DNA of 64,000 bases from Octopus sinensis (lineage: Eukaryota), in the NCBI RefSeq assembly GCF_006345805.1, contig NC_043019.1, forward strand, positions 14,507,360-14,571,359, written 5' to 3'. Below are positions 24,425 to 36,882 of the stretch, piece after piece. Position 1 is the first letter of the stretch; each line of letters begins with the position of its first letter. Made by a program: the position numbers and the translations under genes. The notes beneath the pieces are model-generated. The model made no database searches, was not told the origin of the DNA, and saw only the letters and a list, made by a program, of their open reading frames with translations.

Positions 24425-24805
24425 TTTGTTGTGCAAGATTTTTTATGTGAAGTCGTGTGTTGAAACAGATATTGTTGTATTTCGGAATGGTCATTTTGCC
24501 AGTTTAGCCAATAAAAACACACGCACTATATATTTGGTGTTGTTTTGCTTCAGTGTTATTTATTTTTTACATTAATCTTAATCTTATTTCGGCCAGAGTT
24601 CTTAAGGAGAGTAAGGAGAGACACAAATAAGAAAGAAGAAAGCAAAGGACCACTGATGCGGTCACAGGAGTGTGACGAAAGAACTCTGGCCGAAATAAGA
24701 TTAAGATTAATGTAAAAAATAAATAACACTGAAGCAAAATAACACCAAATATATAGTGCGTGTGTTTTTATTGGCTAAACTGGCAAAATGACCATTCCGA
24801 AATAT

Positions 24806-24811
<6 letters not shown>
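24425..24811. mobile_element. Penelope-like fold-back element in (TA)n: arms 24471-24603 / 24679-24811 with a hammerhead-like motif at 24650-24689
   Basis: ~133-bp near-perfect inverted repeat; cca-CTGATGC-g-gtcac-aggagt-gtgac-GAAA-gaac-TC-tgg. Confidence 0.65.
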
Positions 24812-24842
<31 letters not shown>

Positions 24843-24845
<3 letters not shown>

Positions 24846-25290
24846 TCATCATCGTTAACGTCAGCTTTCCATGCTGGCATGGGTTGGACGATTTGACTGA
24901 GGTCTGGCGATCCAGATGGCTGCACCAAGCTCCAGTCTTGATCTGGCAGAGTTTCTACAGCTGGATGCCCTTCCTAACGCCAACCACTCCGAGAGTGTAG
25001 TGGGTGCTTTTACATGCCACCGGCACGGGGACCAGTCAGGCGGTACTGGAAACGGCCACGCTCAAATGGTGCTTTTCATGTGCCACCTGCACAGAAGCCA
25101 GTCCAGCGGCACTGGCAACGACCTCGCTCGAATGTCTTTTCACGGGCCACCAGCACAAGTGCCAGTAAGGCGACGCAGGTAACGATCACACACGAATGGT
25201 GCTTTTTACATGCCACCAGCACAGGGGCCAGCTTGTTGCTCTGGCAATGATCATGCTCAGATAGTACTCTTAGCGCTCCACGGATGCCAC
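24843..25290 (-). mobile_element. RTE 3'UTR fragment with diverged internal repeat units
   Basis: (CAT)n...tttccatgctggcatgggttggacg...ggatgcccttcctaacgccaaccactcc...ggtgcttttacatgccaccggcac. Confidence 0.75.
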
Positions 25291-25521
25291 AAAGTATGGA
25301 GGTTTAGTTCACAGGTGATCTAAACAATTAGGTACGCTAGGTGTGTGCTGTAACGGATTTCTTTCCATCTCCTTATTCTTTTGTTCCCTTCCTCTATGTT
25401 GTCATCTCATTAATATATACCATTCTCATTTCCTTATGTGTCTCTCTGATCACGGAATATCCCATACTAGGGATATCCCAGAAACAGCTGCAGAATTCTG
25501 GATTTCTTTCGATAATACTGT

Positions 25522-25895
25522 AGGAGTGGCTGTGTGGTAAGTAGCTTGCTAACCAACCACATGGTTCCGGGTTCAGTCCCACTGCGTGGCATCCGGGTCG
25601 ACCAATGCCTTGTGAGTGGATTTGGTAGACGGAAACTGAAAGAAGCCAGTCGAATATATGTATATATATATGCGTGTGTGTGTTTGTATGTCTGTGTTTG
25701 TCCCCCTAGCATTGCTTGACAACCGATGCTGGTGTGTTTATGTCCCCGTCACTTAGCGGTTCGGCAAAAAGGGACCGATAGAATAAGTACTGGGCTTACA
25801 AAGAATAAGTCTTGGGGTCGATTTGCTCGACTAAAGGCAGTGCTCCAGCATGGGCGCAGTCAAATGACTGAAACAAGTAAAAGAGTAAAAAGAGT
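25522..25895 (+). mobile_element. SINE family A copy with a small internal deletion
   Basis: Head and (gtaaaaga)n tail both present. Confidence 0.85.
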
Positions 25896-25903
25896 ATATA
25901 TAC

Positions 25904-25950
<47 letters not shown>

Positions 25951-26021
25951 GGGTTGACCCCCTTCAGTCATTTGTATTCTTCAAAAGTTTAGAGTAAACC
26001 CATCAGGATTAATGTAAAATT

Positions 26022-26717
26022 GCTTTTATTATAATTGCAGCGTGGAAGGTGTTTATAAGCCATTTAAGAAACACACAAAAACCGTTAGATTCACTTCAAC
26101 ATTTAAATTTAATTTGTCGAAATATTTTCGTCGCTTTGAGATCGTGACCTGTTCACCGACAAAATTCCGTGTAGCACGGAATTCCATCAGGCATTTGCCA
26201 TATTCTGAACGCCTTACTTCCCTGGGCATGGACACATTGAAACTCCGACGTCTGGCAGCTGACTTGGCAGACACCCATAAAATTATCCACCATCTTACAA
26301 ACAATAACTCTGAGCACCTTTTCAAACTCCACCTGTCTAACACCCGTGGACATATTTACAAAATCAGAAAACATTTTTTCACGCTAAGAGTTGCTGAAGC
26401 ATGGAACAAACTGCCAGCATCAGTTGTTAGTTGTCGGAGCACTGCATCCTTCAAAACTTCCATGCTTCCTGAGATTCGCCAACACTACACCTGATTTCCT
26501 CCCCTTCATACACATGCAAGCATGTATCTGACTCATACATTGTTCGCTTTCCAGACATTTGTACATTACTGCATATACTCTGACAAGTTGTGGTGCACCT
26601 GAGCACTGTATACAATAATTTCATTATTATTATATGCTGCAATTGTTTTGGTTCCAGCACACGATCTCAGATCAGGTTACTTGCTATGCAAGTACATCTC
26701 CGCTTTTATTATAATTG
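26022..26717. mobile_element. Composite insertion: Penelope-like fold-back element with an internal CR1 3' fragment (26183-26632), flanked by a 16-bp direct repeat
   Basis: GCTTTTATTATAATTG at 26022-26037 and 26702-26717; ends homologous to 2723-3073; middle homologous to 17680-18160. Confidence 0.75.
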
Positions 26718-27320
26718 GACATAAAAACAAACATGAACACACAGAACAGGCTTCTTTCAGGTTCTATCTATCGACCCTGGGCTTTTGTTGGCTCTGGTCA
26801 TTTAAAACACAAGGCTACTAAATTCGTTTTAAATTTATTTCACGAGTTGTCAAAATTCTCACCACACAATGATGACCCAGTCACCGACACAGCTCGACAG
26901 GAACTCATGAACTTAAATTCAAAAAGTAAGTTCAACCCATTTGTTTGTTAATAAATTGCCAGAATGGCTCTTCCATAACGTAAAAATAGAAATTATCATC
27001 AGACATTGACTTTTCATAATATAATATTAATTACAGAGTTGGGGAGGTGAAAATTTTTTTCTACTGGTTCGCCACACGGCAAAGGTTGAGAACCTCTGGC
27101 CTAAATACCTAGATACATAAAAACAGATAGGGTTGTGTTCCACACAGACAATTAACTTAACCTAGATACATTAAAAAAAAGATGAGAGGTTTTTGAATGT
27201 TATTTCTGTGACCCGTTTAGTTATAGAATGGGTCAGATTTGAAAATGTTGAACATTTTCCATAATAAAAAGATGGAATATGAGAGAGAGAAATAAAGAGG
27301 GGAAAAAATATGCCATTTAC

Positions 27321-27469
27321 GTTTCTATTCTTTGTTTGTCAGCTCGGTGATCCGTGACTAGTCTTTGGTTTGTTTTCTCCAGGTCCTGAACATTCTTGTC
27401 TAGTTCTTCATAAATGCGCATTCTAGATTCATTCACCTGACGCAAAGCTTCCAATTGTTTGTTTAAAAA
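27321..27469 (-). CDS. CDR2L: CDR2/CDR2L homologue, internal exon (149 nt, phase 0/2); absent from the ORF track
   Basis: Acceptor ttttcttttag|TTTTTA, donor AC|gtaaat; FLNKQLEALRQVNESRMRIYEELDKNVQDLEKTNQRLVTDHRADKQRIE versus CDR2 [48 protein letters not shown]. Confidence 0.93.
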
Positions 27470-27704
27470 CTAAAAGAAAATGGAAGTAGGGGGAAACAAA
27501 TTTTTTTTTTTTTAAATTTGATATTGTAGTTTTGCAGAACAAGTTAACAAAAAAATAAATAAAATATTCAACACAGAAAAATAATCTAGAATCTAAAATG
27601 TCAACAAAGATCATAGTAATAATTAATGGAACAAAAGAAGAATACAACAATACAAAAGTAATCATCATCATTTATTATTATTATTATTATTATCATCATT
27701 ATTA

Positions 27705-28045
27705 GTGAAGGTGCATGGCTCAGTGGTTAGAGCGTAGACCTTATGATCATGAGGTTGTGAGTTCGATTCCCAGACCGGGCTGTGTGTTGTGTTCTCGAGC
27801 AAGACACTTTTTTTCACGTTGCTCCAGTTCACTCAGCTGTAGAAATGAGTTGTAGTATCACTGGTGCCAAGCTGTATCGGCCCCTTTGCCTTTCCCTTGG
27901 ATAACATCGGTGGCGTGGAGAGGGGAGGCTGGTATGCATGGGCAACTGGTAGCCTTCCACAAACAACCTTGCCTGGACTTGTGCCTCAGAGAGTAACTTT
28001 CTAGGTGCAGTCCTATGGTCATTTATGACCAAAAGGGGGTCTCCT
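27705..28045 (+). mobile_element. tRNA-derived SINE family D (V-domain-like core)
   Basis: ggctcagtggttagagcg...gtgagttcgattccc head, then gagcaagacact...gctccagttcactcagctgtagaaatgag; second copy at about 28575-28880. Confidence 0.7.
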
Positions 28046-28964
28046 ATCATTATTATTATTATTATTATTAAGGCGGTGAGCTGGCAGAATCATTAGCATG
28101 CCAGGTAAAATGCTTAGCGGCATTTTGTCCATCCTTATATTCTGAGTTCAAATTCTGCTAAGGTTACCTTTCCCTTTCATCCTCTTCGAGGTCAATAAAT
28201 TAAGTATCAGTGATAGACTGGTGCTTATTTTAATCGATCTCAAAAACATGAAAGGTAAAGCTGACCTCAGCGGAATTTGAACTCAGAACATGAAGATGGA
28301 CAAAATGCTGCTAACAATTCCGCCAGCTCACTGCCTTAATAATAATTATAATAATCTTTTCTACTATAGGCACAAGGCCTGAAATTTTGGTGGATGGAAC
28401 AAGTTGATTAAATTGACCCTAGTGCTGGACTGGTACTTATTTTATTAACACAGAAAGGATGAAAGGCAAAGTTGACCTCAGTGGAAATTAAACTTAGAAT
28501 GTAAATACAGATGAAAAGCACGCTAACACTTCTGCCAGCTAGCTGCCTTTATCATAATAATAATCCTTTCTACTGTGGTTAAAGTGTTATACTTACGATC
28601 ATGAGGTTGTGAGTTCAATTCCCGGACCAGGCTGTGTGTTGTGTTCTTGAGCAAGACACTTTATTTCACATTGCTCCAGTTCACTCAGCTGTAGAAATGA
28701 GTTGTGACATCACTGGTGCCAAGCTGTATCGGCCCCTTTGCCTTTCCCTTGGATAACATCAGTGGTGTGGAGAGAGGAGGCTGGTATGCATGGGCAACTG
28801 CTGGTCTTCATTAAACAACCATACCCAGATTTCTTTCTAGGTGCAATCTCATAGTCATTCACGACCAAAGGGGGGTCATTTTTTTTTAACCCTTTCTACT
28901 AAAGGAACAAGGCCTGAAGTTCGTGGGGAGGGGACTAGTTGATTACATCAACCCCAGTGTTTAT

Positions 28965-29485
28965 AATAACTAGAAAGGGTATGGCCTGGTCAGCCTGTAA
29001 TGACATGCATAAGATCTGGTCATCAAATCTAAGTAGAGATTTCAAACTTAAAATCTTCAAAGCCACAGTCAAACCAATTCTACTATATGGCTCAGAAACC
29101 TGGACGTTATCAAAGAAGCTTGAGAGGCGGTTGGAGGGAACTTACACTCGCCTCCTTATGAGAGCTCAAAATCTCTCGTGGAAGCATCATCCAACCAATG
29201 TACAAATATATGGGAAATTACCACCTGTATCATCTCTTGTGAAAGGTAGGAGAGTCCAGTTTGCTGGACATTGTTGTAGAGCTGAAAACGAGGTAATTTC
29301 TACTCTTCTCCTTTGGAAGCCATCTGCTCGCGATACCAGAGGGCGCACACTCTCCTACCCTGATGTAATCTCCAGGGATACAGGTATCCAGCAACAGGAC
29401 CTCCGTAATGCTATGATGGACCGTGAAGTCTGGCATAACATAGTAAATTCCATTGTCTCGACCATGGTCGAACAATGATGATGAT
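28965..29485 (+). mobile_element. RTE-like LINE ORF 3' fragment with (ATG)n tail
   Basis: RKGMAWSACNDMHKIWSSNLSRDFKLKIFKATVKPILLYGSETWTL...RRVQFAGHC...MMDREVW. Confidence 0.85.
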
Positions 29486-29509
29486 GTTTATAATAATAAT
29501 AATATATTT

Positions 29510-29712
29510 CTTTATTGCCCACAAGGAGCTAAACATAGAGGGGACAAACAAAGGGATTAAGTCGATTACATCGACCTCAGTGCGTAACTAGTACTTTATT
29601 TGTCGATCTCGAAAGGATGAAAGGCAGAGTCGACCTCAGCGGAATTTGAACTCAGAACGTAACGGCAGACGTAATAGGAATAAGCTAATGTTTCTGCCAA
29701 CTCGCTGCCTTT
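29510..29712 (-). mobile_element. SINE family B copy
   Basis: Reverse complement of the family B core (gaaaggatgaaaggcagagtcgacctc...gaatttgaactcagaacg). Confidence 0.7.
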
Positions 29713-29716
29713 TATA

Positions 29717-30182
29717 ATCATCGTTTAGCGTCCGCTTTCCATGCTAGCATGGGTTGGACGGTTCAATTGGGGTCTGGGAAGCCAGAAGGCTGCACCAGGT
29801 CCAGTTTGATCTGGCAATGTTTCTACGGCTGGATGCCCTTCCTAACACCAACCACTCCATGAGTGGAGTGGGTGCTTTTTACGTGCCAGACGAGTCTGGC
29901 AAGCGACCACGATCGGATGGTGCTTTTTATGTGCCACCGACACGGGGACCAAACGAGGCTGGCGAACAGCCACGCTCGGATGGTGTTTTTTATGTGCCAC
30001 CGACACAGGTGCCAGACGAGGCTGGCGAACGGCCACGATCGGATGGTGTTTGTTACGTGCCCACAGCACGGAGGCCAGTCGATGCGTTACTGGCTACAGC
30101 CACGTTCGGATGGTTTTCTTATGTGCCACCGGCACTAGTACCACAAAAATGCAAATTCCATTGATGTGCATTTTTGTGGTAC
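29717..30182 (-). mobile_element. RTE 3'UTR fragment with about 4 internal repeat units
   Basis: Same units as 23785-24400 in reverse orientation. Confidence 0.75.
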
Positions 30183-30432
30183 TAATAATAATGATAATAA
30201 TAATAATAATAATAATAATGGTTTCTTACATTTGTGCAAGTCCACAAGTATTTAGAGGTTATATATATATTGTTAATTAATGTGACACCAATATATTGCT
30301 GTTACTTATTTTAACAATCCTGTAGTCAGGATTTAAGCTGAATGTGGAAGTATATAAATTAAAAAAACTGGCATTTAATAATCACCACCAATGATAATTA
30401 AAACAACGCCAATTAATGCAATACAAACTTAC

Positions 30433-30545
30433 ATCCAGTTCCTGTGCCTGTTCGGCATTAATAGTCTGTAAATGCACAGTCTGGCTTTCAAGTTCTTTGT
30501 TGTTCTCTAGGAGAGCTTTGCCAATCTCAGCTGCAAGTTGAAGAT
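30433..30545 (-). CDS. CDR2L: CDR2/CDR2L homologue, second coding exon (113 nt, phase 1/0) with the CC1 box; absent from the ORF track
   Basis: Acceptor tttgcag|ATCTTC, donor GAT|gtaagt; (D)LQLAAEIGKALLENNKELESQTVHLQTINAEQAQELD versus CDR2 [38 protein letters not shown]. Confidence 0.95.
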
Positions 30546-30659
30546 CTGCAAACAGGATGGAAACAACGATGAAACAAACATTTTAATTAAGGGGCACTCT
30601 TGCAACATTAACGAGGATGCTAACATAATTAATATAGAACTGTCGATTAATTAAAAATT

Positions 30660-31138
30660 TCTACATTAATTGCACATTTTCTTCCTGCCATATCTTAGAA
30701 AATAATGGATGAAACATTTCTACCACTATTTCTATTACAGTTAAGTCAAATAAGCGAATAAAATCATTCGTCAACAGATGCTTGCGTAGTATACTTAAAA
30801 TTAGATGGTCCGAACACATAAGCAATAGGGAGCTATGGCAAAGAACAAATGAAGTTTCGATTAGGGAGCAAATATTTAAGAAGTGGAAGTGGATTGGTAA
30901 CACAATTAGAAAAGACACACCAAATGTAGCGAAAAGTGCTTTACAGTGGAATCTGGATGGATATAAGAAAGAAAGGTAGGCCTAAGAACTCGTGGCGTAG
31001 ATCAACACAAAAGGAACTAAAGAAAGGGGGACATTCATGGCAGAGTATAAGTACAGAAGCGAAGAATTATGAGACATGGAATTCAATTACAAGTGGCCTA
31101 TACTCCGCATTGGAGGGTTAAAGGCAGAAAAAAAAAAA
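30660..31138 (+). mobile_element. RTE-like LINE 3' fragment with poly(A) and a short inverted 5' piece
   Basis: FVNRCLRSILKIRWSEHISNRELWQRT...ALQWNLDG...GRPKNSWRRS; 30660-30735 reads EMFHPLFSKIWQEENV on the minus strand. Confidence 0.75.
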
Positions 31139-31454
31139 TTAATTGTAGAGAGGAGAAACAAAAACTCATTATCTGAATGACTAATTCTGATCAAGAAAGG
31201 CAAGAGAGATAAACCTTATTAGTAAAATAAAGTCTGATTAGATGTTATATGTTGATTAGAGAGACATCTTTGGGTTTTTTTTGTTTTACTTGTTTTCAGT
31301 CATTGGATTGCAGCCAAGCGGCGGCACCAACTTGAAGAGTTTAACTTAAACAAGTACTTTTTTTTTCAGTCCATTACTTATTCTACTAGTATCTTGCCAA
31401 ACTGCTAATTGTATGTGGCATGCAGTTGGTATTCAAGCCCGATACATGGTTTAG

Positions 31455-31671
31455 CACATCACATATAATGAAGTGGAGAATCACAGAGAAATCTATGTCA
31501 AATGTAAATGGATCTAAGAAATGCAACTTGTGTGTATCTGAAAGATTACACATTCTTTTTAGATGTAAAAACTCCACCACACTAAATTCCAGATCGGAAA
31601 TTTTCACCAAATGCAAGCATGTGGGCAAATTTTTTCTAGTGAACTGGAAGACACTACCCTCTCCAGATTGA
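31455..31671 (+). mobile_element. Penelope-like element, GIY-YIG-associated C-terminal relic
   Basis: KWRITEK...KKCNLCVSERLHIL...LNSRSEIFTKCKH fits the PLE C-terminal CxLCxxEK...LNxRxE...CRH pattern. Confidence 0.65.
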
Positions 31672-32017
31672 GCAGCTGTCTCACAGACTTTGGACCCTTT
31701 TCTATTGAATTATTCTACAACAACTAGATTAATTATGGGTTCTATGGTCAAAGGGGACATAACTCTGATTTTCTTTTTTTTTCTTTTTCTGTTTTTATTC
31801 ACCTTTTCACTTTTTGCATCAACCCTGTTTTGTTTTCTGTTTTTTCTTGTCATTTCTCATGTACCACCATGCTGGTTTTCAAATAGAACAGACCATATGC
31901 TCAGAGTCTGTAGGCTGCTTGGAGACACAAGGCAAGGTATAAAAACCTACTTAACCATGTGTCTTCACAGCAAGAAACTATTAATAGCTCTTATCTTATA
32001 CTGTGTACATTATATAT

Positions 32018-32230
32018 TCTCTTTTACTTGTTTCAGTCATTTGACTGCGGCCATGCTGGAGCACCGCCTTTAGTCGAGCAAATCGACACCGGGACTTATT
32101 CTTTGTAAGCCTAGTACTTATTCTATCGGTCTCTTTTGCCGAACCGCTAAGTGATGGGGACGTAAACACACCAGCATCGGTTGTCAAGCAATGCTAGGGG
32201 GGACAAACACAGACACACAAACTCCCCCCC

Positions 32231-32262
<32 letters not shown>

Positions 32263-32423
32263 CATATATACGACAGGCTTCTTTCAGTTTCCGTCTACCA
32301 AATCCACTCACAAGGCATTGGTCGGCCCAGGGCTATAGCAGAAGGCACTTGCCCAAGATGCCACGCAGTGGGACTGAACCCACAACCATGTGGTTGGTTA
32401 GCAAGCTACTTACCACACAGCCA
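32018..32423 (-). mobile_element. SINE family A copy (partial copies follow at 32480-32640 -, 32778-32950 +, 33340-33600 +)
   Basis: Full-length reverse-complement match. Confidence 0.85.
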
Positions 32424-33917
32424 CATACATACACACACACACATAATGTGTATATATATTTATGTGTATACATATATGTGTGATGGGCTTCTTTCAGCTC
32501 CCATTTATCATCAAATCCACTCACAAGGTTTTGGTCAATCCCATGCTACAGTAGTAGATACCTGTCCAAGGGGCCATGCAGTGGGACTGAACTTAAAACC
32601 ATGTGGTTTGGAAGCAAACTTCTTAACCACACAGCCACACCTGATAGTGCTTTGGTGGTTACTTTCAGCCAATCGGGATCACTACTTTTGACACGTTTGT
32701 ACCAGAAATCTTTGGGTGGCACCTAATAAAAAGAACCTTGTTTTAGCGCTTTAATCAAACGGACCAGCTGCAAGGTCAGGAGTGGCTGTGTGGTAAGTAG
32801 CTTGCTTACCAACCACATGGTTCCAGGTTCAGTCCCACTGCCTGGCACCTTGAGCAAGTGTCTTCTACTATAGCCTCGGGCCAACCAAAGCCTTGTGAGT
32901 GGATTTGGTAGACGGAAACTGAAAGAAGCCCGTCGTATATATGTGTGTAACTGACTTAGCCCCTTCCCCAAAGATGCCAAAATTTGAAACCAATAAGCTA
33001 AATAACTGATCTGATTAACTGTGAGTAACATAGCAGATTATTCTGTCAAGTATAATGCTTATTTATTCACATTGTTTTAAATTGGATTATGTATTATCTC
33101 ATACCTTTTAGATTTCAAAGATGTGATAATTTACTTTTGAGAATGACATTGTAGGGTAGTTGTGAGAGGCCTGATATGGCCATTCTGAACATGAAACAAT
33201 ATTTGGGCCTAATATATATATATAGAAATACTGCCAAATCAGACTGGAGCCTGGTGCAGCCTCCATGGCTTACCAGACCCCGGTCGAACTGTCTAACCCA
33301 TGCCAGCATGGAAAACGGACGTTAAATGATGATGATGATATATATATATATATATATGTATGTATGTGTGTGTGTGTGTGTGTTTGTGTGTGTGTCTGTG
33401 CTTGTCGCCCCAACATCACTTGACAACCGATGCTGGTGTGTTTACGTTCCCCGTAACTTAGCGGTTCGGCAAAAGAGACCGACAGAATAAGTACCAGGCT
33501 TACAAAGAATAAGTCCTGGGGTCGATTCTCTTGACTAAAGGTGGTGCTCCAGCATGGCCTGGCCACAGTCAAGTGACTGAAACAAGTAAAAGAGTAAAAG
33601 ATTAATAGTTACAGGTTGAAAACAAGCTACACAATTTTTCAAGCTCTCAAAAAACAAAAAACAAAAGATAGTTCTCTCTCTCTTGCACACACACACAAAT
33701 ATATTTTTCTATGCATGTATTGCTTGGCATTTGAATATCTTTTGTCAATTTTCTCACAAACACTTTTCATAACTGTGAAACGGTGTCAACTGCTGTTACA
33801 TTGCTCCTGTGTTACCATATTCGATAGCAAATAAGTCACCTATTTCCCCCACCCCTCCCAAGACAAAGAAAATAGTTTTAAAAATCACCCTGGGACCCCC
33901 ATACAATGTTGGACCTA

Positions 33918-34246
33918 TGGAGCACCCCGTCGGTTACGACAATGAGTGTCCCAGCTGATACGATCAACGGAACAGCCAGCTCATGAAATTAACATGCAAG
34001 TGGCTGAGTACTCCACAGACACGCGTACTCCTAACGTAGTTCTCAGGGAGGAGATTCAGCATGACACAAAGTGTGACAAGGCCGGCCCTTCGAAATACAG
34101 GCACAACTCATTTTTGCCAGCTGAGTGGACTGGAGCAACGTGAAATAAAGTGTCTTGCTCAAGGACACAAAGCGTCGCCAGGAATCAAACTCACGACCTT
34201 ACAATTGTGAGCCGAATGCCCTAACCACTAAGCCACGTGCCTTCAC
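33918..34246 (-). mobile_element. tRNA-derived SINE (family C/D-related)
   Basis: Reverse complement shows the head ggcacgtggcttagtggttagggc...gtgagtttgattcc and gtgtccttgagcaagacactttat; 3' part shared with family C. Confidence 0.7.
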
Positions 34247-34824
34247 CTATATTGGACCTATATTACAAGATTTATTGCACTAAATTCATTTTCCTCTGTG
34301 TATGCACAGCTGAAATTGGAATGTGTCTGTGTGTCTCTGCACTAAAATAAATTCATTCAGTTGGCAAAAGTAATTTGTACCTGTATTTCAAAGGGTCAAC
34401 CTTGTTAGATTCTGTTTCACGTTAAATCTCCCTAAGAGCTACGTTAAAAGTACGCGTGTCTATGGAGTGCTCAGCCACTTAACCAAAATAGTATATATTT
34501 TTGAATCTCTCATTCTGCTTTGGTTCGTTGCAATTAAGTTAATCTTCTTAACGGAAATAACGAGGGATTTGATCAATAGTTTTGTCATTCATTTCGCCAA
34601 AACTTCATGGGATAAAAACAGTACTTGCATTATCTCATAGCTTCAAGATTTTAATGATGTGATTGTATATTTTTAGAATAACATTGTGAGAAACAAGATC
34701 AGGTTGGTTTGAACATAAACAGATAAAAATATTTGGGTCGGACACAGACTGTATGTAATCAAGTTCAGACACCTCTGATTATCATTATAAATAATTTCAA
34801 AGACATAAAAAAGCTTTTCTTTCA

Positions 34825-35360
34825 CCCTTTCGTTACTGTATTTATTTTGAGATGCTCTGTGTTTCTGTCAATTACTTTAAATATAACAAAGAATTTAGTA
34901 AAATAATTTAGTTATCATTCAGATAATGTTAGGAACATAAATTGTGACTAAGGTTTGGTGGATGATTTTAATTAAAAACTGACGAAAACAAGACATCTGT
35001 ACTACAGAGCCAGAGGTGGTTTCAGCTGGGTTGGTATCAAAAGGGTTAACTGTTACCATAGCAACATGGAAGTATAATATATTAAGACCTGTGTGGTGAT
35101 TCCTGTTTCTCTCTAATAACTGTTTCACTCTCAATAATTGTTAACCCTTTCATATTCGTATTCCTGTTGAGATGCTCTGTGTTTCCTTCAATTAATTTTA
35201 AATATAACAAATGACTTAGTAAAATAACTTAGTTATCATTCAGCTAGTGTTAGGAACATAAATTGTGACTAAAAGTTTCATGGGAGATTTTAATTCAGAA
35301 CTTTTGGAAACAAGTACTACAGAACCAGAGGTGGTTTCAGCTGGGTTGGTATCAAAAGGG
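34825..35360 (-). mobile_element. Compound piggyBac-type MITE dimer, third copy
   Basis: MITE 34825-35045, spacer 35050-35140 (reverse complement of 16015-16105), MITE 35145-35360 ending AAAAGGG-TTAA. Confidence 0.78.
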
Positions 35361-36599
35361 TTAAAGAACAGGCTATACAGACTATATACTTCATACAACA
35401 CAAGGCATGTGGCTTGGTGGTTAGTGAATCCAGTTCATGATTGCAAGGTTGTGAGTTCAATTCCCGTTGGCGCTTTGTGTCCTGGAGCAAGTTGCTTTAT
35501 TTTATGTTGCTCCAGTCCACTTGGCTGGCAAATATGAGTAGTATTTCTATTCTGTGTCATGCTGAATCCCCAAGAACTACATAAAGGGTATGCACATCTC
35601 TTTTACTCATTTCAGTCATTTGACTGTGGCCATGCTGGAACATCGCCTTTAGTCAAGACAATCTCTCTTATCAGTTAGCCTTTAGTCAACAGCAAGAAAT
35701 GTTCTCCACAACAAAATAGAGTGAAGTGAATGGCTTGACAACCAAATGCTGGTGTGTTCATGTCGCCGTAACTTAGCGGTTCGGCAAAAAGAGACCAACA
35801 GAATAAGTACTAGGCATCCAAAGAATAAGTCCTGGGGTCGATTTGCTTGAATAAAAGCGGTGCTCCAGCATGGCCGCAGTCAAATGACTGAAACAAGTAA
35901 AAGAGTAAAAGAGCATGCTCAATACCTACTTTAATCCTTTGGTATTCACATTAATCTGTTGAAAGTAATCCTTATTCATCCTCTCGGCTTTGAATTAATC
36001 CTGCATTATCCTGTAGCTTTGAGGTTTTGATGAGGCAACTTAACTTTTACAATGATATTGTCGGGCTGGTGTGAGAGGCTAGATCTGGACAATTTGAGCA
36101 TAAAACAAGTTCAATATTTTGGACAAACGTGTCCAGTTTAAATGCCAGAGGGTTAATTGAGAACTTTTAACTGGCTATCGAATAACTGCTAATAACATTG
36201 CATTTAACAGCATGTAGGTGCAGGAGTGGCTGTGTGGTAAGTAGCTTACCAACAACATGGTTCCGGGTTCAGTCCCACTGCGTGGTACCTTGGGCAAGTG
36301 TCTTCTACTATAGCCTCAGGCCGACCAAAGCCATGTGAAAAGTGGGCCAGCCCAAACAGTCTTGGCGCAGGAGTGTCGACGCAGAGGTGAGGGCAGCCAG
36401 AATTACCCAAAATTCTTCCAAAAGAATTGTCTTCCAAAAGCCGTGTTAAGGCTTTTGGAAGACATTTCTCTCTTTAACAGTTCCCCGTCTTCACTGGCCC
36501 TTTTCACCTTTTTACTGTCAACATGAATTTTTAATCACTTCACCTGCAATTGCACAACTCTTCATTGACATCAGAAATAAATTAGGTCAGTTCAACATA

Positions 36600-36654
36600 C
36601 AACATATACAATACATATATATACACACACATATATATATACACACACTCAAAC

Positions 36655-36686
<32 letters not shown>

Positions 36687-36841
36687 ACTCACATAAACAT
36701 ATGTACATGTGTGTGTGTATGTTATATATGGGTGTGTTTACATATATATGTATGTTTATATATATATAAATATATATGCATGTGTATATATATGTGTGTG
36801 TGTATGTGTACATATATACATATGTGAATGTGTGTGGGTAG

Positions 36842-36882
<41 letters not shown>

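Noticed and set aside
27705-27780. Possible tRNA gene (also at 15486 and 37433)
   Set aside because: The tRNA-like heads continue into SINE bodies repeated elsewhere; no proper acceptor stem or terminator.
36400-36600. Candidate first exon of CDR2L (MSSKSLNTAFGRQFFLEEFW)
   Set aside because: The donor would be phase 0 while the next exon needs phase 1, it falls at an RTE fragment, and there is no similarity to the CDR2 N-terminus.
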